Positions 15,782 to 26,200 of a stretch of 64,000 bases of DNA are shown here, piece after piece; within the stretch, counting starts at the first letter, position 1, and each line of letters begins with the position of its first letter. The position numbers and the translations under genes are program-made. The notes under the pieces were generated by a model. The model was not told the origin of the DNA. It saw only the letters and a program-made list of their open reading frames with translations, and searched no databases. This DNA is from a virus: IMG/VR virus record IMGVR_UViG_3300009305_000018; one strand, 5' to 3'.

Positions 15782-17393
15782 ACATAACAAGTACATCACA
15801 GAATATATACAAGCTGTCGAAAAAGGCGAAATCGTAGTTAATGAAGATGTTAGGAAACTGATCTCTCTTGTGGAAGAAAAACTAGCGCGGGACGACGTAG
15901 TGATTGACGACGAAGCGGTTGACGATGCAATCGAATCTATCGAGAAGTATTTCCCGTTCAAATTATTCAAGTGGCAGAAGTTTGTAACGGCTTGTATGTT
16001 CGGACTTTTCTTTGATGACGGTTCGCTAGTTTTTAATGAGTTCCTTCTATATATGGGACGAGGAGCAGGAAAGAATGCATTCCTCGCAGCACTTGCATTT
16101 CACTTTTCCGGCAAACAAGATATTCGGGGATACAATGTGGATATCGTGGCCACATCCGAAAAACAAGCAAAGACTTCATTCAATGACTTGAAAGATGTAT
16201 TAGAAGATCATTGGGATGTATTCAAGAAACACTTTAAGAAAACGATGGAAGTCATTCGTCATTATAAAACTAAAGCAGAAGTAAGTTATTACACGAATAA
16301 CGCAAAAACAAAAGATGGTTTCCGTCCTGGTGTAGTCGTATTCGATGAAATCCACGCCTATGAGACGGAAGACAATATAAAAGTATTTACATCCGGCCTT
16401 GGTAAAGTCCCACGTCCACGAAGAATCTATCTGACCACAGACGGAAATGTTCGTGATGGATTCTTGGATCAAATGAAAGAAGAAGCCGAACGCGTTTTGA
16501 ATGGCGAACTTCCAAATTCGAGAATGTTCCCGTTTATGTGCAGACTCGATGATCCCGAAGAATACCATGATTTCAGAATGTGGGAGAAAGCTAACCCATC
16601 CATTGAATACATGCCGGACTTGAAGCTAGAAATGAAGCTTGAATATGACCGCATGAAAGAACGTCCATCTGCGCGTATTGAGTTCATGACTAAACGGATG
16701 AACATACCCTCTCAACTCTCACAGGATGGCGTAGCAGATTGGGACAAGATAGCGGCAACCAATCAACCCTTTCCGGACTTTACGGGGGCTGAGTGCATCG
16801 GCGGTATTGACTATGCTGATACGCGGGACTTTGTTGGTGTCGGATTGTTATTCAAAAAGGATGGCAAGCGATACTGGAAGAGTCACACGTTCATCAATCA
16901 TCGTTCGCTGCAACTAACGAACTTTAGGATGGATATTGAATTAGCAATCGAGCAAGGGCTTGTCACTATCATCCACGAAGAAACAAATAAACCCGAAATA
17001 ATAGCGACGTGGTTTTTGGAGCAATCTAAGCTGTATAACATTAAGAAGATTACAAGTGATATGTACCGTATCAATCACTTACGAGAAGTATTTGAGGAAT
17101 ACGGCTTTACTCTCGATATTGCACGAAGCGGAACCAAGACGCATACCCAAATGCAACCAATCATAGAAGAAATGTTTGCATACAAAAACATCGTATTCGG
17201 TAACGATATGATGATGCGGTGGTATGTCAATAATACGTATGCAAAGTATGACGGTAAAGGAAATATCACATATGAAAAAATTGAGCCGAAGACGAGAAAG
17301 ACTGACGGTTTTTTTGCATTCCTTCACGCTTTACAGTTTGATATGGAATTGAATGAAAGTAGTGAGTTTTTCCTTGATTCTATTAGGTTTTAA
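15768..17393 (+). CDS. terL: Terminase large subunit (cos type)
   Basis: MGRGAGKN Walker A, VVFDEIH Walker B, GGIDYA and KTDG nuclease motifs. Confidence 0.95.
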   Translation: MKDIKHNKYITEYIQAVEKGEIVVNEDVRKLISLVEEKLARDDVVIDDEAVDDAIESIEKYFPFKLFKWQKFVTACMFGLFFDDGSLVFNEFLLYMGRGAGKNAFLAALAFHFSGKQDIRGYNVDIVATSEKQAKTSFNDLKDVLEDHWDVFKKHFKKTMEVIRHYKTKAEVSYYTNNAKTKDGFRPGVVVFDEIHAYETEDNIKVFTSGLGKVPRPRRIYLTTDGNVRDGFLDQMKEEAERVLNGELPNSRMFPFMCRLDDPEEYHDFRMWEKANPSIEYMPDLKLEMKLEYDRMKERPSARIEFMTKRMNIPSQLSQDGVADWDKIAATNQPFPDFTGAECIGGIDYADTRDFVGVGLLFKKDGKRYWKSHTFINHRSLQLTNFRMDIELAIEQGLVTIIHEETNKPEIIATWFLEQSKLYNIKKITSDMYRINHLREVFEEYGFTLDIARSGTKTHTQMQPIIEEMFAYKNIVFGNDMMMRWYVNNTYAKYDGKGNITYEKIEPKTRKTDGFFAFLHALQFDMELNESSEFFLDSIRF

Positions 17394-17409
17394 AAGGGGG
17401 TGATATAAA

Positions 17410-18564
17410 TTGGGATTTTTAGATGCAATCTTCAAACGTAATTCCGAACTAGGCTTCATGTTCGATGTCGAAATGTTTCAACAGACATCCAATCGGGTCC
17501 ACATGAAACGATTAGCGATAGACACCTGTATTGCTTTTTTAGCAAGAACTATCAGTCAATCAGAATTCAGAGTAAAAAAAGGCAAGACATTTGAAAAAGA
17601 TGAACTGTATTATCGATTGAATGTAAGACCTAGTAAAAATGTGACTGCCAGTACGTTTTGGCAAACATTTATCCACAAACTGGTCTACGACAACGAATGT
17701 TTAATTATCCAAGCGGATGATGGTGACTTATTAATTGCCGACGATTTTCAACATAACGAATACGCCGTTTACGAAGATACGTTCACTAACGTTGTAGTGA
17801 AAGAATATGAGTTTAAACGTAGCTTCAAACAAAGCGATGTCATTCACCTGCGATACAGTAACGAAAAACTAGCACCGATGATTGATGGATTGTTTGCTGA
17901 CTATGGCGAGCTGTTCGGGAGGGTGTTATCTGCTCAGAAACGGAAGAATCAGATCCGTGGAACTGTGGATATGGATTTGATTAACGCTAAAACACAAGAG
18001 CAACAGACTCAATTGCAAGCGTTTATTGACAATATGTACAAAGCTATCGATAGCAAAGATGTCGCTATTATTCCACAACAAAAAGGGTTCGAATATAAAG
18101 AACTGTCCGCTAACGGTCAAGCCGGTCAGAGTGTGGACGAGTTAAACAAAGTGTCCGATGGTTTTTTAAATCAAGTAGCCATGGTTATGGGCATTCCAAT
18201 AAGCTTGCTTCGTGGGGATATGGCTGACGTAGAGAAGCAGACGAAGAACTATATGTTTTTCACTGTCTCACCTATTTTAAAGAAAATCAAAGACGAAGCG
18301 GATGTTAAGTTTTTCACGGAGAAAGAATACCTCGACGGGAATTATATTGACATTCGAAAACCTTCTTATCGTGATATATTCGATCTTTCGACTGCTGTTG
18401 ATAAATTGAGAGCATCGGGGATTATGAACGGGAATGAGATTCGGACTGAACTGGGGCTAGAAACTGTGGATGATGATATTATGACGAAATTCTTTATTAC
18501 AAAGAACTATCAAGAAAGTTCTGAAGCACTTAAAGGAGGTGAAAATAGTGACAGTGAAACGTAA
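17410..18564 (+). CDS. HK97-family portal protein
   Basis: YRLNVRP..N.TASTFW, DVIHLRY, VAMVMGIP.SLL, NEIR.ELG. Confidence 0.93.
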   Translation: MGFLDAIFKRNSELGFMFDVEMFQQTSNRVHMKRLAIDTCIAFLARTISQSEFRVKKGKTFEKDELYYRLNVRPSKNVTASTFWQTFIHKLVYDNECLIIQADDGDLLIADDFQHNEYAVYEDTFTNVVVKEYEFKRSFKQSDVIHLRYSNEKLAPMIDGLFADYGELFGRVLSAQKRKNQIRGTVDMDLINAKTQEQQTQLQAFIDNMYKAIDSKDVAIIPQQKGFEYKELSANGQAGQSVDELNKVSDGFLNQVAMVMGIPISLLRGDMADVEKQTKNYMFFTVSPILKKIKDEADVKFFTEKEYLDGNYIDIRKPSYRDIFDLSTAVDKLRASGIMNGNEIRTELGLETVDDDIMTKFFITKNYQESSEALKGGENSDSET

Positions 18565-19291
18565 ATTCGGCTTCAAAAATCAACAATATAATAAAGACTT
18601 ATCAAGTATCCCTCATAATTTCTCAGCCGATCATGATGACGAAAAAGGCGTGACGGAACTAACGATTTACGGTGATATTGGGGAATCATGGTTTTGGGAT
18701 TCGACATCAGCGATAGATGTAGATAACGCATTGAAGAACGCAGGCGACAATGATTTAGTTGTTCGATTAAATAGCCCTGGAGGATCAGCATTTGACGGTA
18801 TTGCGATATACAACAGATTAAATGACCATAAAGGTAAAGTAACTGTCCATGTAGATGGATGGGCCTGTTCTGCAGCTTCCGTAATTGCTATGGCGGCAGA
18901 TGAACTAATCATGGGAGCCGGTTCCATGTTGATGATTCACGAAGCAAGTACGATTGTTTGGGGTAATAAAGGCGACTTTAGAAAAGAAGCCGAATTACTT
19001 GAAAAACTAGAGGATGGAATCATTGACATTTACATGACAAAAGCCAATATTACTCGTGACGAAATTCGTGATATGGTCAATGCGGAAACGTGGTTTAGTG
19101 CGAACGACGCTTTAACAATAGGCTTTGCTACTTCTGCTGCTGCTGCAACAACAACTGTGGAAGACGACAAAGAAGTTTCTCAATTAAAAGTACAAATGTT
19201 AGCTATGCAAAGTGAATTAGATCAATTGAAAAACATAGAACCGGAAAAGCCAGCGCCTGTTAAACAAAACAGAGCATCTAGGCTTTTTTAA
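18548..19291 (+). CDS. ClpP-like head maturation protease
   Basis: IYGDIG, LNSPGG, CSAASVIAMA, MLMIHEA, ETWFSA; SD AAAGGAGGT before GTG 18548. Confidence 0.93.
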   Translation: MTVKRKFGFKNQQYNKDLSSIPHNFSADHDDEKGVTELTIYGDIGESWFWDSTSAIDVDNALKNAGDNDLVVRLNSPGGSAFDGIAIYNRLNDHKGKVTVHVDGWACSAASVIAMAADELIMGAGSMLMIHEASTIVWGNKGDFRKEAELLEKLEDGIIDIYMTKANITRDEIRDMVNAETWFSANDALTIGFATSAAAATTTVEDDKEVSQLKVQMLAMQSELDQLKNIEPEKPAPVKQNRASRLF

Positions 19292-19316
19292 ATACAAAAA
19301 ATGGAGGAATTAAACA

Positions 19317-20462
19317 ATGACAATTAAATTCAATAAATCAGAAACATTCCAAAATGCTAAAACTGCACTATCTGCGGTACTTTCGAAAGAAAACGTGACA
19401 GAAAAAGAAACGACTGACGCTTACGAAAATTATTTCAATGTTTTGCAATCAGAGGTTGCTTCAGCAATCACGAAAGAAGTAAATAACGAAATGCTTGATC
19501 GTTCTATTCTTCAGCAACGCGGCCAAAACGTTTTAACGTCTGACGAAACTAAATTCTTCAATGCCGCAGTCCTGGACGGTGGATTCAATGACGATTCAAT
19601 TCTTCCAGTCACTACGCAAGAACGAGTCTTTGAAGACTTGACGACAGAGCACCCTCTGTTAGCTGCACTAGGTTTGCAGGATTTAGGTGCAGTAACTCGC
19701 TTTATCTATTCAGACGCGACTAAAGCATACGCATGGGGTCCACTATTCGGTCCAATTGCAGGGCAAATAAACGCGGCGTTCCGTGAAGAACAAATCAGCC
19801 AGTTCAAACTTACGGCATTCGCTGTTATCCCGAACGATATGCTAGAACTTGGGCCTGTATGGGTTGAACGCTATGTCCGTACAGTGATTGTGGAAAGCTA
19901 TTCCGTCGGTCTTGAATATGGATACGTAAACGGTAAAGGCCCTACTGCTAGTGAACCGATTGGACTAATGAAAGATGTTGCGGTAAATGGTGCTGTATCT
20001 GACAAGGTATCTTCCGGTACACTGACATTCGCTCCTTCTCAATATGGTGAAGTTGTAGCGGGCGAACTTTACGGAGTAGTTAAAGCACTCTCTGTGGATG
20101 CAGAAGGCAAGTCACGCAAGGCTCTAAACAATATTGTTATGGTTGTAAATCCTGTGGATGCTATCGGCGTACAAGCCCGTAACACGATCCAAACAGCGAA
20201 CGGACAATGGGTAATGGCGCTACCTTATAATATTCAACCAGTTGAATCCGAAGAAATTCCAGTCGGTAAAGCGTTGTTCTTCGTGAAAGGTCAATATCTA
20301 GCAGCTATCGCGGGCGGTTACAAACTGAAGAAATTCGATCAGACTCTCGCTATTGAAGATGCTACTCTCTACACTATCAAACAGTTCGCTAACGGTAAGC
20401 CAAAGGACAATAAAGCAGCACTTGTATATGACCTGGCTATCTCGTTTGCGCCAACAGTCTAA
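19317..20462 (+). CDS. Major capsid protein (HK97 fold)
   Basis: N-terminal delta-like region, ILP.T..ERVFEDL..EHPLL, NGKG..EPIGL; position after the protease. Confidence 0.92.
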   Translation: MTIKFNKSETFQNAKTALSAVLSKENVTEKETTDAYENYFNVLQSEVASAITKEVNNEMLDRSILQQRGQNVLTSDETKFFNAAVLDGGFNDDSILPVTTQERVFEDLTTEHPLLAALGLQDLGAVTRFIYSDATKAYAWGPLFGPIAGQINAAFREEQISQFKLTAFAVIPNDMLELGPVWVERYVRTVIVESYSVGLEYGYVNGKGPTASEPIGLMKDVAVNGAVSDKVSSGTLTFAPSQYGEVVAGELYGVVKALSVDAEGKSRKALNNIVMVVNPVDAIGVQARNTIQTANGQWVMALPYNIQPVESEEIPVGKALFFVKGQYLAAIAGGYKLKKFDQTLAIEDATLYTIKQFANGKPKDNKAALVYDLAISFAPTV

Positions 20463-20481
20463 ACAAAAGGAGTGAAAGATT

Positions 20482-20703
20482 ATGCCTTACAAGGTAATTA
20501 AGCAATTCAAGGATAAAGAAGATAAAGGCAGGTTGTATGAGGTGGGCGACGAGTATCCGAAAGGAAGCTTTAAACCTACCAATAAACGCTTAAATGAATT
20601 ATCCGAACTTCATCCACACTACAAGGCCGCATTCATCAAGGAAGAAGAACAGAAAAAACCTGTAGACAAGAAGCAACCAAAAGATTCAAAAAGCAAGGAG
20701 TGA
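20482..20703 (+). CDS. Small capsid-adjacent protein
   Basis: YKVIKQFKD....LYEVGDEYP...RLNEL, typical after the major capsid gene. Confidence 0.7.
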   Translation: MPYKVIKQFKDKEDKGRLYEVGDEYPKGSFKPTNKRLNELSELHPHYKAAFIKEEEQKKPVDKKQPKDSKSKE

Positions 20704-20708
20704 TGTAA

Positions 20709-21008
20709 ATGGCTATCACGCCCTTAGAACTAACTGAATTCAAAGATCGCATGCGCATTGAGGATAACGATGAAGATGAAAATCTTACACGTATCCTCTC
20801 GGCGTCTTTTTTTTCCTTGAAAACAGCTTGCGGAGATTACGATTTGACGAACGAATCATTCAAAGAACTTGTTTTTGAACGTTCCAGGTATGCGTATAAC
20901 GATGCACTGGAATACTTCAATACGAACTTTTTGAGTCAGATTAATAGTCTTGGAGTAGGTAAGGCTCTTGAAGAAATTCGAGTAGGTGATACCGATGCAA
21001 CCATTTAA
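20709..21008 (+). CDS. Head-tail connector (gp6-like)
   Basis: FKDRMRI...DEDENL; YAYNDA.E.F..NF. Confidence 0.85.
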   Translation: MAITPLELTEFKDRMRIEDNDEDENLTRILSASFFSLKTACGDYDLTNESFKELVFERSRYAYNDALEYFNTNFLSQINSLGVGKALEEIRVGDTDATI

Positions 21009-21354
21009 GTACAAGCCTAAGCTAAACGCCGGAGATTTAAGACAGACGCTACTTTTTCGATACGAAGGTGAAGGGCAAGACGAAGACGGTTATCCATCCA
21101 CAGTTGATATTGATTACATTTCCACCAAAGCGAAGTTAAGAACCTTGAAAGGTAGAACGTTTTATGCGGCTGCCCAAGAGAATATGGAGAATAGTCGAGA
21201 GTTTACTATTCGGTATCGTAAGGCGCTTGATGAAAATGAGAGACCTAGCGGTTTATTCGTAATGTGGAACGGAAAAAGGCATGAAATCGTATCTATTGAA
21301 AATGACGACGGTTTAAATGCTTCAATGACTGTCTTTTTAAAGGTTGTGGATTAA
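20995..21354 (+). CDS. Head closure / head-tail adaptor
   Basis: NAGDLR, FTIRYR, RHEIVSIEND. Confidence 0.85.
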   Translation: MQPFKYKPKLNAGDLRQTLLFRYEGEGQDEDGYPSTVDIDYISTKAKLRTLKGRTFYAAAQENMENSREFTIRYRKALDENERPSGLFVMWNGKRHEIVSIENDDGLNASMTVFLKVVD

Positions 21355-21735
21355 GTGGAACTTAAATTCGAAGGACTGGATGCGTTGCATCGGCGGCTAG
21401 CTGATATGGCTAACTTCAAAGCAACTGAAAAAGTAACGCTTGAAAAAGCAGGTGAACATTTACGGAACAAAATCGAAGAAAATGTTTACTCATTCGGTTT
21501 GAAAAAACGCTCAGGCAAGTCAGAAAAAAGTTTTGTGCTTAATCGTGAAATCATAAACGGTACTATAAAAGTCGGGTTGTCTAATCAGAGTAATGACGCG
21601 TTTTATTTGTACTATCACGAACTAGGCACTTCGAAGATTCCTGCTCGACCGTTCATGCGTCCTACTTTTGAACAGGAGAAAGCGAAAATCGAACAGATCA
21701 TGGCTCAAGAGATAAGGAGGGGGTTAGGGATATGA
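21355..21735 (+). CDS. HK97 gp10-like tail completion protein
   Basis: FYLYYHELGTSKIPARPFMRP. Confidence 0.88.
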   Translation: MELKFEGLDALHRRLADMANFKATEKVTLEKAGEHLRNKIEENVYSFGLKKRSGKSEKSFVLNREIINGTIKVGLSNQSNDAFYLYYHELGTSKIPARPFMRPTFEQEKAKIEQIMAQEIRRGLGI

Positions 21736-22064
21736 ACAGTTTGATAATGAGCACTCTTAAACCTACTGGAGTTCCTGTCTACCCCCTCAACTATCCGGGC
21801 GAAGCAACAACGTATATTACGTTCTTTGAATACAACGAGATGGGCGCTCTTTACGCAGAAGATGTGGAAGTAAAGACGCGCTATTCCTATCAAGTTGATA
21901 TTTGGTCAAAAGGTAATTATACGGCTGTCGTTAAACAGGTATTCGAATTAATGACAGCTGCAGGATTCAGACGTAACGGCGCGCAAGAACTTTACGAAAA
22001 AGATACGAAGATAAATCATAAAGTTTTCAGATTTTATTATGACAACACACTAGGAGGAATTTAA
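21732..22064 (+). CDS. Tail terminator-like protein
   Basis: YITFFEYNE, YQVDIWSK, ELYE.DTK..HK..RF. Confidence 0.8.
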   Translation: MNSLIMSTLKPTGVPVYPLNYPGEATTYITFFEYNEMGALYAEDVEVKTRYSYQVDIWSKGNYTAVVKQVFELMTAAGFRRNGAQELYEKDTKINHKVFRFYYDNTLGGI

Positions 22065-22066
22065 TT

Positions 22067-22654
22067 ATGGCAGGAGTACAAATTGGGTTAAAAGATTTAT
22101 TCTTTGCAGAGATTGACGAAACGACAGGTACGTACGGTACGCCCTATAAGATTGCAAAGGCAATTGAAGCATCGGTGACGGCAAACGTTAGTACCGTGGT
22201 TCTCTACGCTGACGATGGAGCGGCAGAAACGGCAAGTTCTGAGGGTGAAACAGAAATTTCACTCGGGATTGACCAACTGACTAATGAAGTTTATGCAAAA
22301 TTGCTAGGCAAAACAATCAATAGTGATGGTGTAGTACAAGATTCAAGCGGCGATATCGCTCCAAAAGGCGCTTTGATGTTCCGTTCACTTAAATCCAACG
22401 GAGGGTATCGCCACATTGTGTACTACAAAGGTTCATTCGCGCCACCAGAAGAGTCTTTCACAACTAAAGGTGAATCTATCGAATACAACACACCTACGAT
22501 TGTGGGGACGTTTGTACACTCTGACACTGTATTGAATGCTAAAGGAGAAGGTTTGAAACGTAGCGTTGTAGATTCTGACGACACTGCACTATCAGATCCT
22601 ACTATTGTCACGAACTGGTTCACAGCTGTTTACGAAGAAGTACCAACACCTTAA
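22067..22654 (+). CDS. Major tail protein (phi13 family)
   Basis: IGLKDLFFA, LYADDG, ALMFRS, YYKG.F. Confidence 0.9.
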   Translation: MAGVQIGLKDLFFAEIDETTGTYGTPYKIAKAIEASVTANVSTVVLYADDGAAETASSEGETEISLGIDQLTNEVYAKLLGKTINSDGVVQDSSGDIAPKGALMFRSLKSNGGYRHIVYYKGSFAPPEESFTTKGESIEYNTPTIVGTFVHSDTVLNAKGEGLKRSVVDSDDTALSDPTIVTNWFTAVYEEVPTP

Positions 22655-22665
22655 TAAAAACTAAC

Positions 22666-22696
22666 AGGGAGATGGGAAACCGTCTCTCTTTTTATT
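22666..22696 (+). terminator. Intrinsic terminator after the major tail gene
   Basis: AGGGAGATGG-GAAA-CCGTCTCTCT followed by TTTT. Confidence 0.8.
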
Positions 22697-22724
22697 TACT
22701 TAAAAATTGGAGGAATGATGGAAT

Positions 22725-23075
22725 ATGGCTAAAGCTTCGACAGCGAAAGTAATGAAAGACGAAGGTGTAAAAATCACGCTCGACAAAGAACGTACTCTTA
22801 AATTCGATATGAATACGCTTTGTGAATTGGAAGATAAGGGCATGGGGTTCGAAGACATAGTTAAAGGTCTGAACGAAAGAAACTTCAATAAAATCAGAAC
22901 GATATTGTATGCCATGTTTGCGCACGAAGAAGATGAGGACTTCACAGAAAAGCATGTGGGCGCATTAGTAGGTGTGAAGAATATCGAGAAAGTTATAACC
23001 GCATTAGGAGAATCGCTGTCAACCGCGATGCCTGAAGGCGATGACGAAGAAGAGGGAAACGAAACGGGGAAGTAA
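22725..23075 (+). CDS. Tail assembly chaperone (gpG-like)
   Basis: LDKERTLKFDMNTLCELE; between major tail and tape measure genes. Confidence 0.85.
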   Translation: MAKASTAKVMKDEGVKITLDKERTLKFDMNTLCELEDKGMGFEDIVKGLNERNFNKIRTILYAMFAHEEDEDFTEKHVGALVGVKNIEKVITALGESLSTAMPEGDDEEEGNETGK

Positions 23076-23272
23076 GTGATGGACCGACAGAAATTCCATA
23101 CGACTTCTTTATATACATCGGCACTGTCCATTTAAATAGAACCGAATCAGAAGTGTGGAGGATGACACCGCGAAAGATTCTTTCGTTGTGGAACCGTCAC
23201 GCTATTTTTAATGGTTGGAAAAAGGAAAAAGCGAAATCACAAAAAGTCTATGCCGACCAGGTGCAATGGTAA
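22725..23272 (+). CDS. gpGT-like extended chaperone via -1 frameshift at G_GGA_AAC (23054-23060)
   Basis: In-frame X XXY YYZ heptamer; -1 frame open to TAA 23270-72, encoding YDFFIYIGTVHLNRTESEVWRMTPRK. Confidence 0.8.
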
Positions 23273-23284
23273 AGGGGTGAAATT

Positions 23285-26200
23285 ATGGCAGAGGATATAG
23301 GTAATTTAGCGATAAAACTCTCCATCGACTCGGCTAAGTTTGAACAATCAATGGCTAGTATTGACCGTAACTTAAAAGCGATGGGACAGGAAATGCGCGG
23401 CTTACAGAACCATGGTAATGCTTGGGGTCAGTCCACAGCGGGGCTAACATCCAAACAAGACGCGCTATCCCGCATGCTCAGTGGACAACAAACCAAGGTT
23501 GAGAGATTGAGAGCGGCTTATGACGCAAGCAAAGCTGCTACTGGTGAAAACTCAGTCGAGACAGAACGACTTGCTATTCAATTAAACCGCGCTACCGCTG
23601 AATATAACCGGACTGAAGCTGAATTAGCGCAAGTAGCTGCAGCACTTCAACGGCAACGGGATGAATTGCGGCTGAGTGAAAGTTCATGGACACAGCTAGG
23701 CGAACGTATGCGAGCTGTCGGGGCTGTCATGTCAAACGTAGGCAAGGAAATGACCAAAATCGGGAAAAATATGTCGATGAAGGTTACTGCTCCAATTATG
23801 TTGGTAGGTACTTTAGCTACCAAAGCAGCTGTCGAGTTTGAAAGTTCCTTCGCAGGAATTAGAAAAACGGTTACTGCAACAGAAGAAGAATTTGCCGAGC
23901 TCGAAAAAGGTATTCGCGATATGGCTAAGTCCGGTCCCACTGCTGCAACTGAGTTAGCCGCAATTGGTGAATCGGCTGGGCAATTGGGCATTGAGACTAA
24001 AAATATATTAGCTTTCACGAGCACGGTTAGTGATATTGCGGTAGCTACTAACATGACTGCTGAACAAGCGGCTACAGACTTCGCAAGGTTTGCTAATATC
24101 ACAAAAATGCCACAGACGGAATTTGATAAACTCGGTTCCAGTATCGTTGCACTAGGTAACAACTTCGCAACAACAGAGTCCGAAATCATGGCAATGGGTA
24201 TGAGGTTAGCAGGAGCAGGTGCCCAAGTAGGCATGAGTGAAGCCGACATACTCGGATTGTCTACAGCCCTTACTTCAGTAGGAATCGAAGCTGAAATGGG
24301 AGGTTCGGCAATATCCAAAGCGATGGTCCGGATGCAGTTAGCTTCTACTAGTGGTTTTACAGGACTTCAAGAAGTTCTAGGCAAAACAGGGATGACGGTT
24401 AGAGAATTACAAATGATGGCGTCCCACAGTGGTAAAGCCTTTGGGCATTTGGCTGAAGATATGGGCATGACCAAGAAAGAGTTAAATTCACTCTTGACAG
24501 CAGGTGTGGATTTAGAAAACTTCGGTAAAATTGCAGGAATGACGGGCGAAGAATTTAAAACAGCCTTTGAGAAGGATGCTGTTGGTGCGCTTGGTGCGTT
24601 TATTAACGGTTTAGGTACTGCAGAAGAAGCAGGAGATTCAGCTATTAACATGCTTCAAGAAATGGGTATTTCAGAAGTTAGACTTCGTGATGCTTTACTT
24701 CGTGCTGGTAATGCGAGTGAACTTTTCGCGGGTGCGGTTGATCTCTCTAATGAATCGTGGGAAGAAAATAACGCCTTAACTAATGAAGCGGCTCAACGTT
24801 ACGCAACAACGGCCTCACAGTTAGAAACGTTTAAAAATAAAATGGTTGACTTAGGTATTACTTTAGGCGGAATCATTATCCCGGTCTTACTGAAGATTGT
24901 GGAAGCCATCGAACCATGGATTGAAAAGTTTGCAGAACTAAGCAAGACTTCGCAGAAAACTATCCTTGTTATTGCAGGAATAGCCGCTGCTATTGGTCCT
25001 GTTTTAGTTGTTGTAGGTGCATTGGTTAGTTCGGTAGGCGCAATAATGACTGCCTTCGGTACAGCATCGATGGCAATCGCAGTCATGACTACAGGGGTGG
25101 CATCGGCAGTACCAGGAGTAGGAGCATTAGCGGCAGTATTTACAGCGTTAACAGGACCAATCGGAATAGCTATTGCGGCAATCGCAGGTATTGGTATCGG
25201 AGTAGGATTACTAGTCAATCATCTATCAAAAGATGCGATACCAGAAGTTGATAGATTCGGTACAGGCGTTTCGGAAGCTACCCAAAAAGCACTTGGTAGT
25301 TTCTTCGAATTATCCGATGGTGCGTCTCAATCCTTAATGGATATGAGTATTCGAAATACAGTCGTGACGGGTGAAATGGCTTCATCTATGATTGACCAAT
25401 TTAATACTATGAATACGCAGATATTGGAAGGACTAAATACCAATCACGCGGAACGCATGGCAGCTACGTCATCATTCTTCCTAAATTCATCCGTGTTAAC
25501 AGATGCAGAAGAAGCGAAGATATTACAAAAACAAGAAAACAATCACACCCTAGACGTCCTCTTGCTAGAATCCAAAAATGCAAGAATCGCCGAAATCATG
25601 AATGCGGCAAAAAATGCGAAGCGAGACTTGACTGAAGCGGAAGCTGCCGAGATTAATAACATTAAAGACAGCATGAATAAATTCGCGGTAAAAGCATTGT
25701 CTGCTAGTGAAGTTGAACAGAAAATTATTATGGAAAAAATGAAGCAATCGGCAGGAGATTTATCTGCACAGCAAGCAGCGGAAGTTGTCAAGAACTCAGC
25801 CGCACAACGTGAAGGTACAGTCAAGGAAGCGGAAAAGCAATTTGATGAAACTGTAGGCGAAATTATCCGTATGCGTGACGAGACAGGCGTTATCACGGCT
25901 GAACAAGCTACCAAGATGATTGCCGAAGCTACTAGGGCAAAAGATGAAACAGTGAAACATGCTGAGAATATGCACAAAGATGTTGTCAAAGAAGCGCAAG
26001 CGCAAGCTTCAGGCCATATTGAACAAGTAAACTGGGAGACTGGCGAAATCCTTTCTAAGTGGGAAGTCTTCAAGAATAAGACGAAGACTGTATTTAGCGA
26101 CATTGCAAAAGGAATTCAAGACGGTTGGAATAAAGCCTGGACTTGGACGAAAGAAAAAGTTCAATCAATTATGACGTCTGCCACTGAAAAATTTGAGGAA

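Noticed and set aside
20440-22660. Frameshifted Ig-domain extensions of the major capsid or major tail proteins
   Set aside because: No slippery site at either stop; the tail gene ends TAATAA and is followed by a terminator
23066-23072. Alternative slippery site G GGG AAG in the chaperone gene
   Set aside because: A-site re-pairing is poor; G GGA AAC at 23054 fits X XXY YYZ exactly
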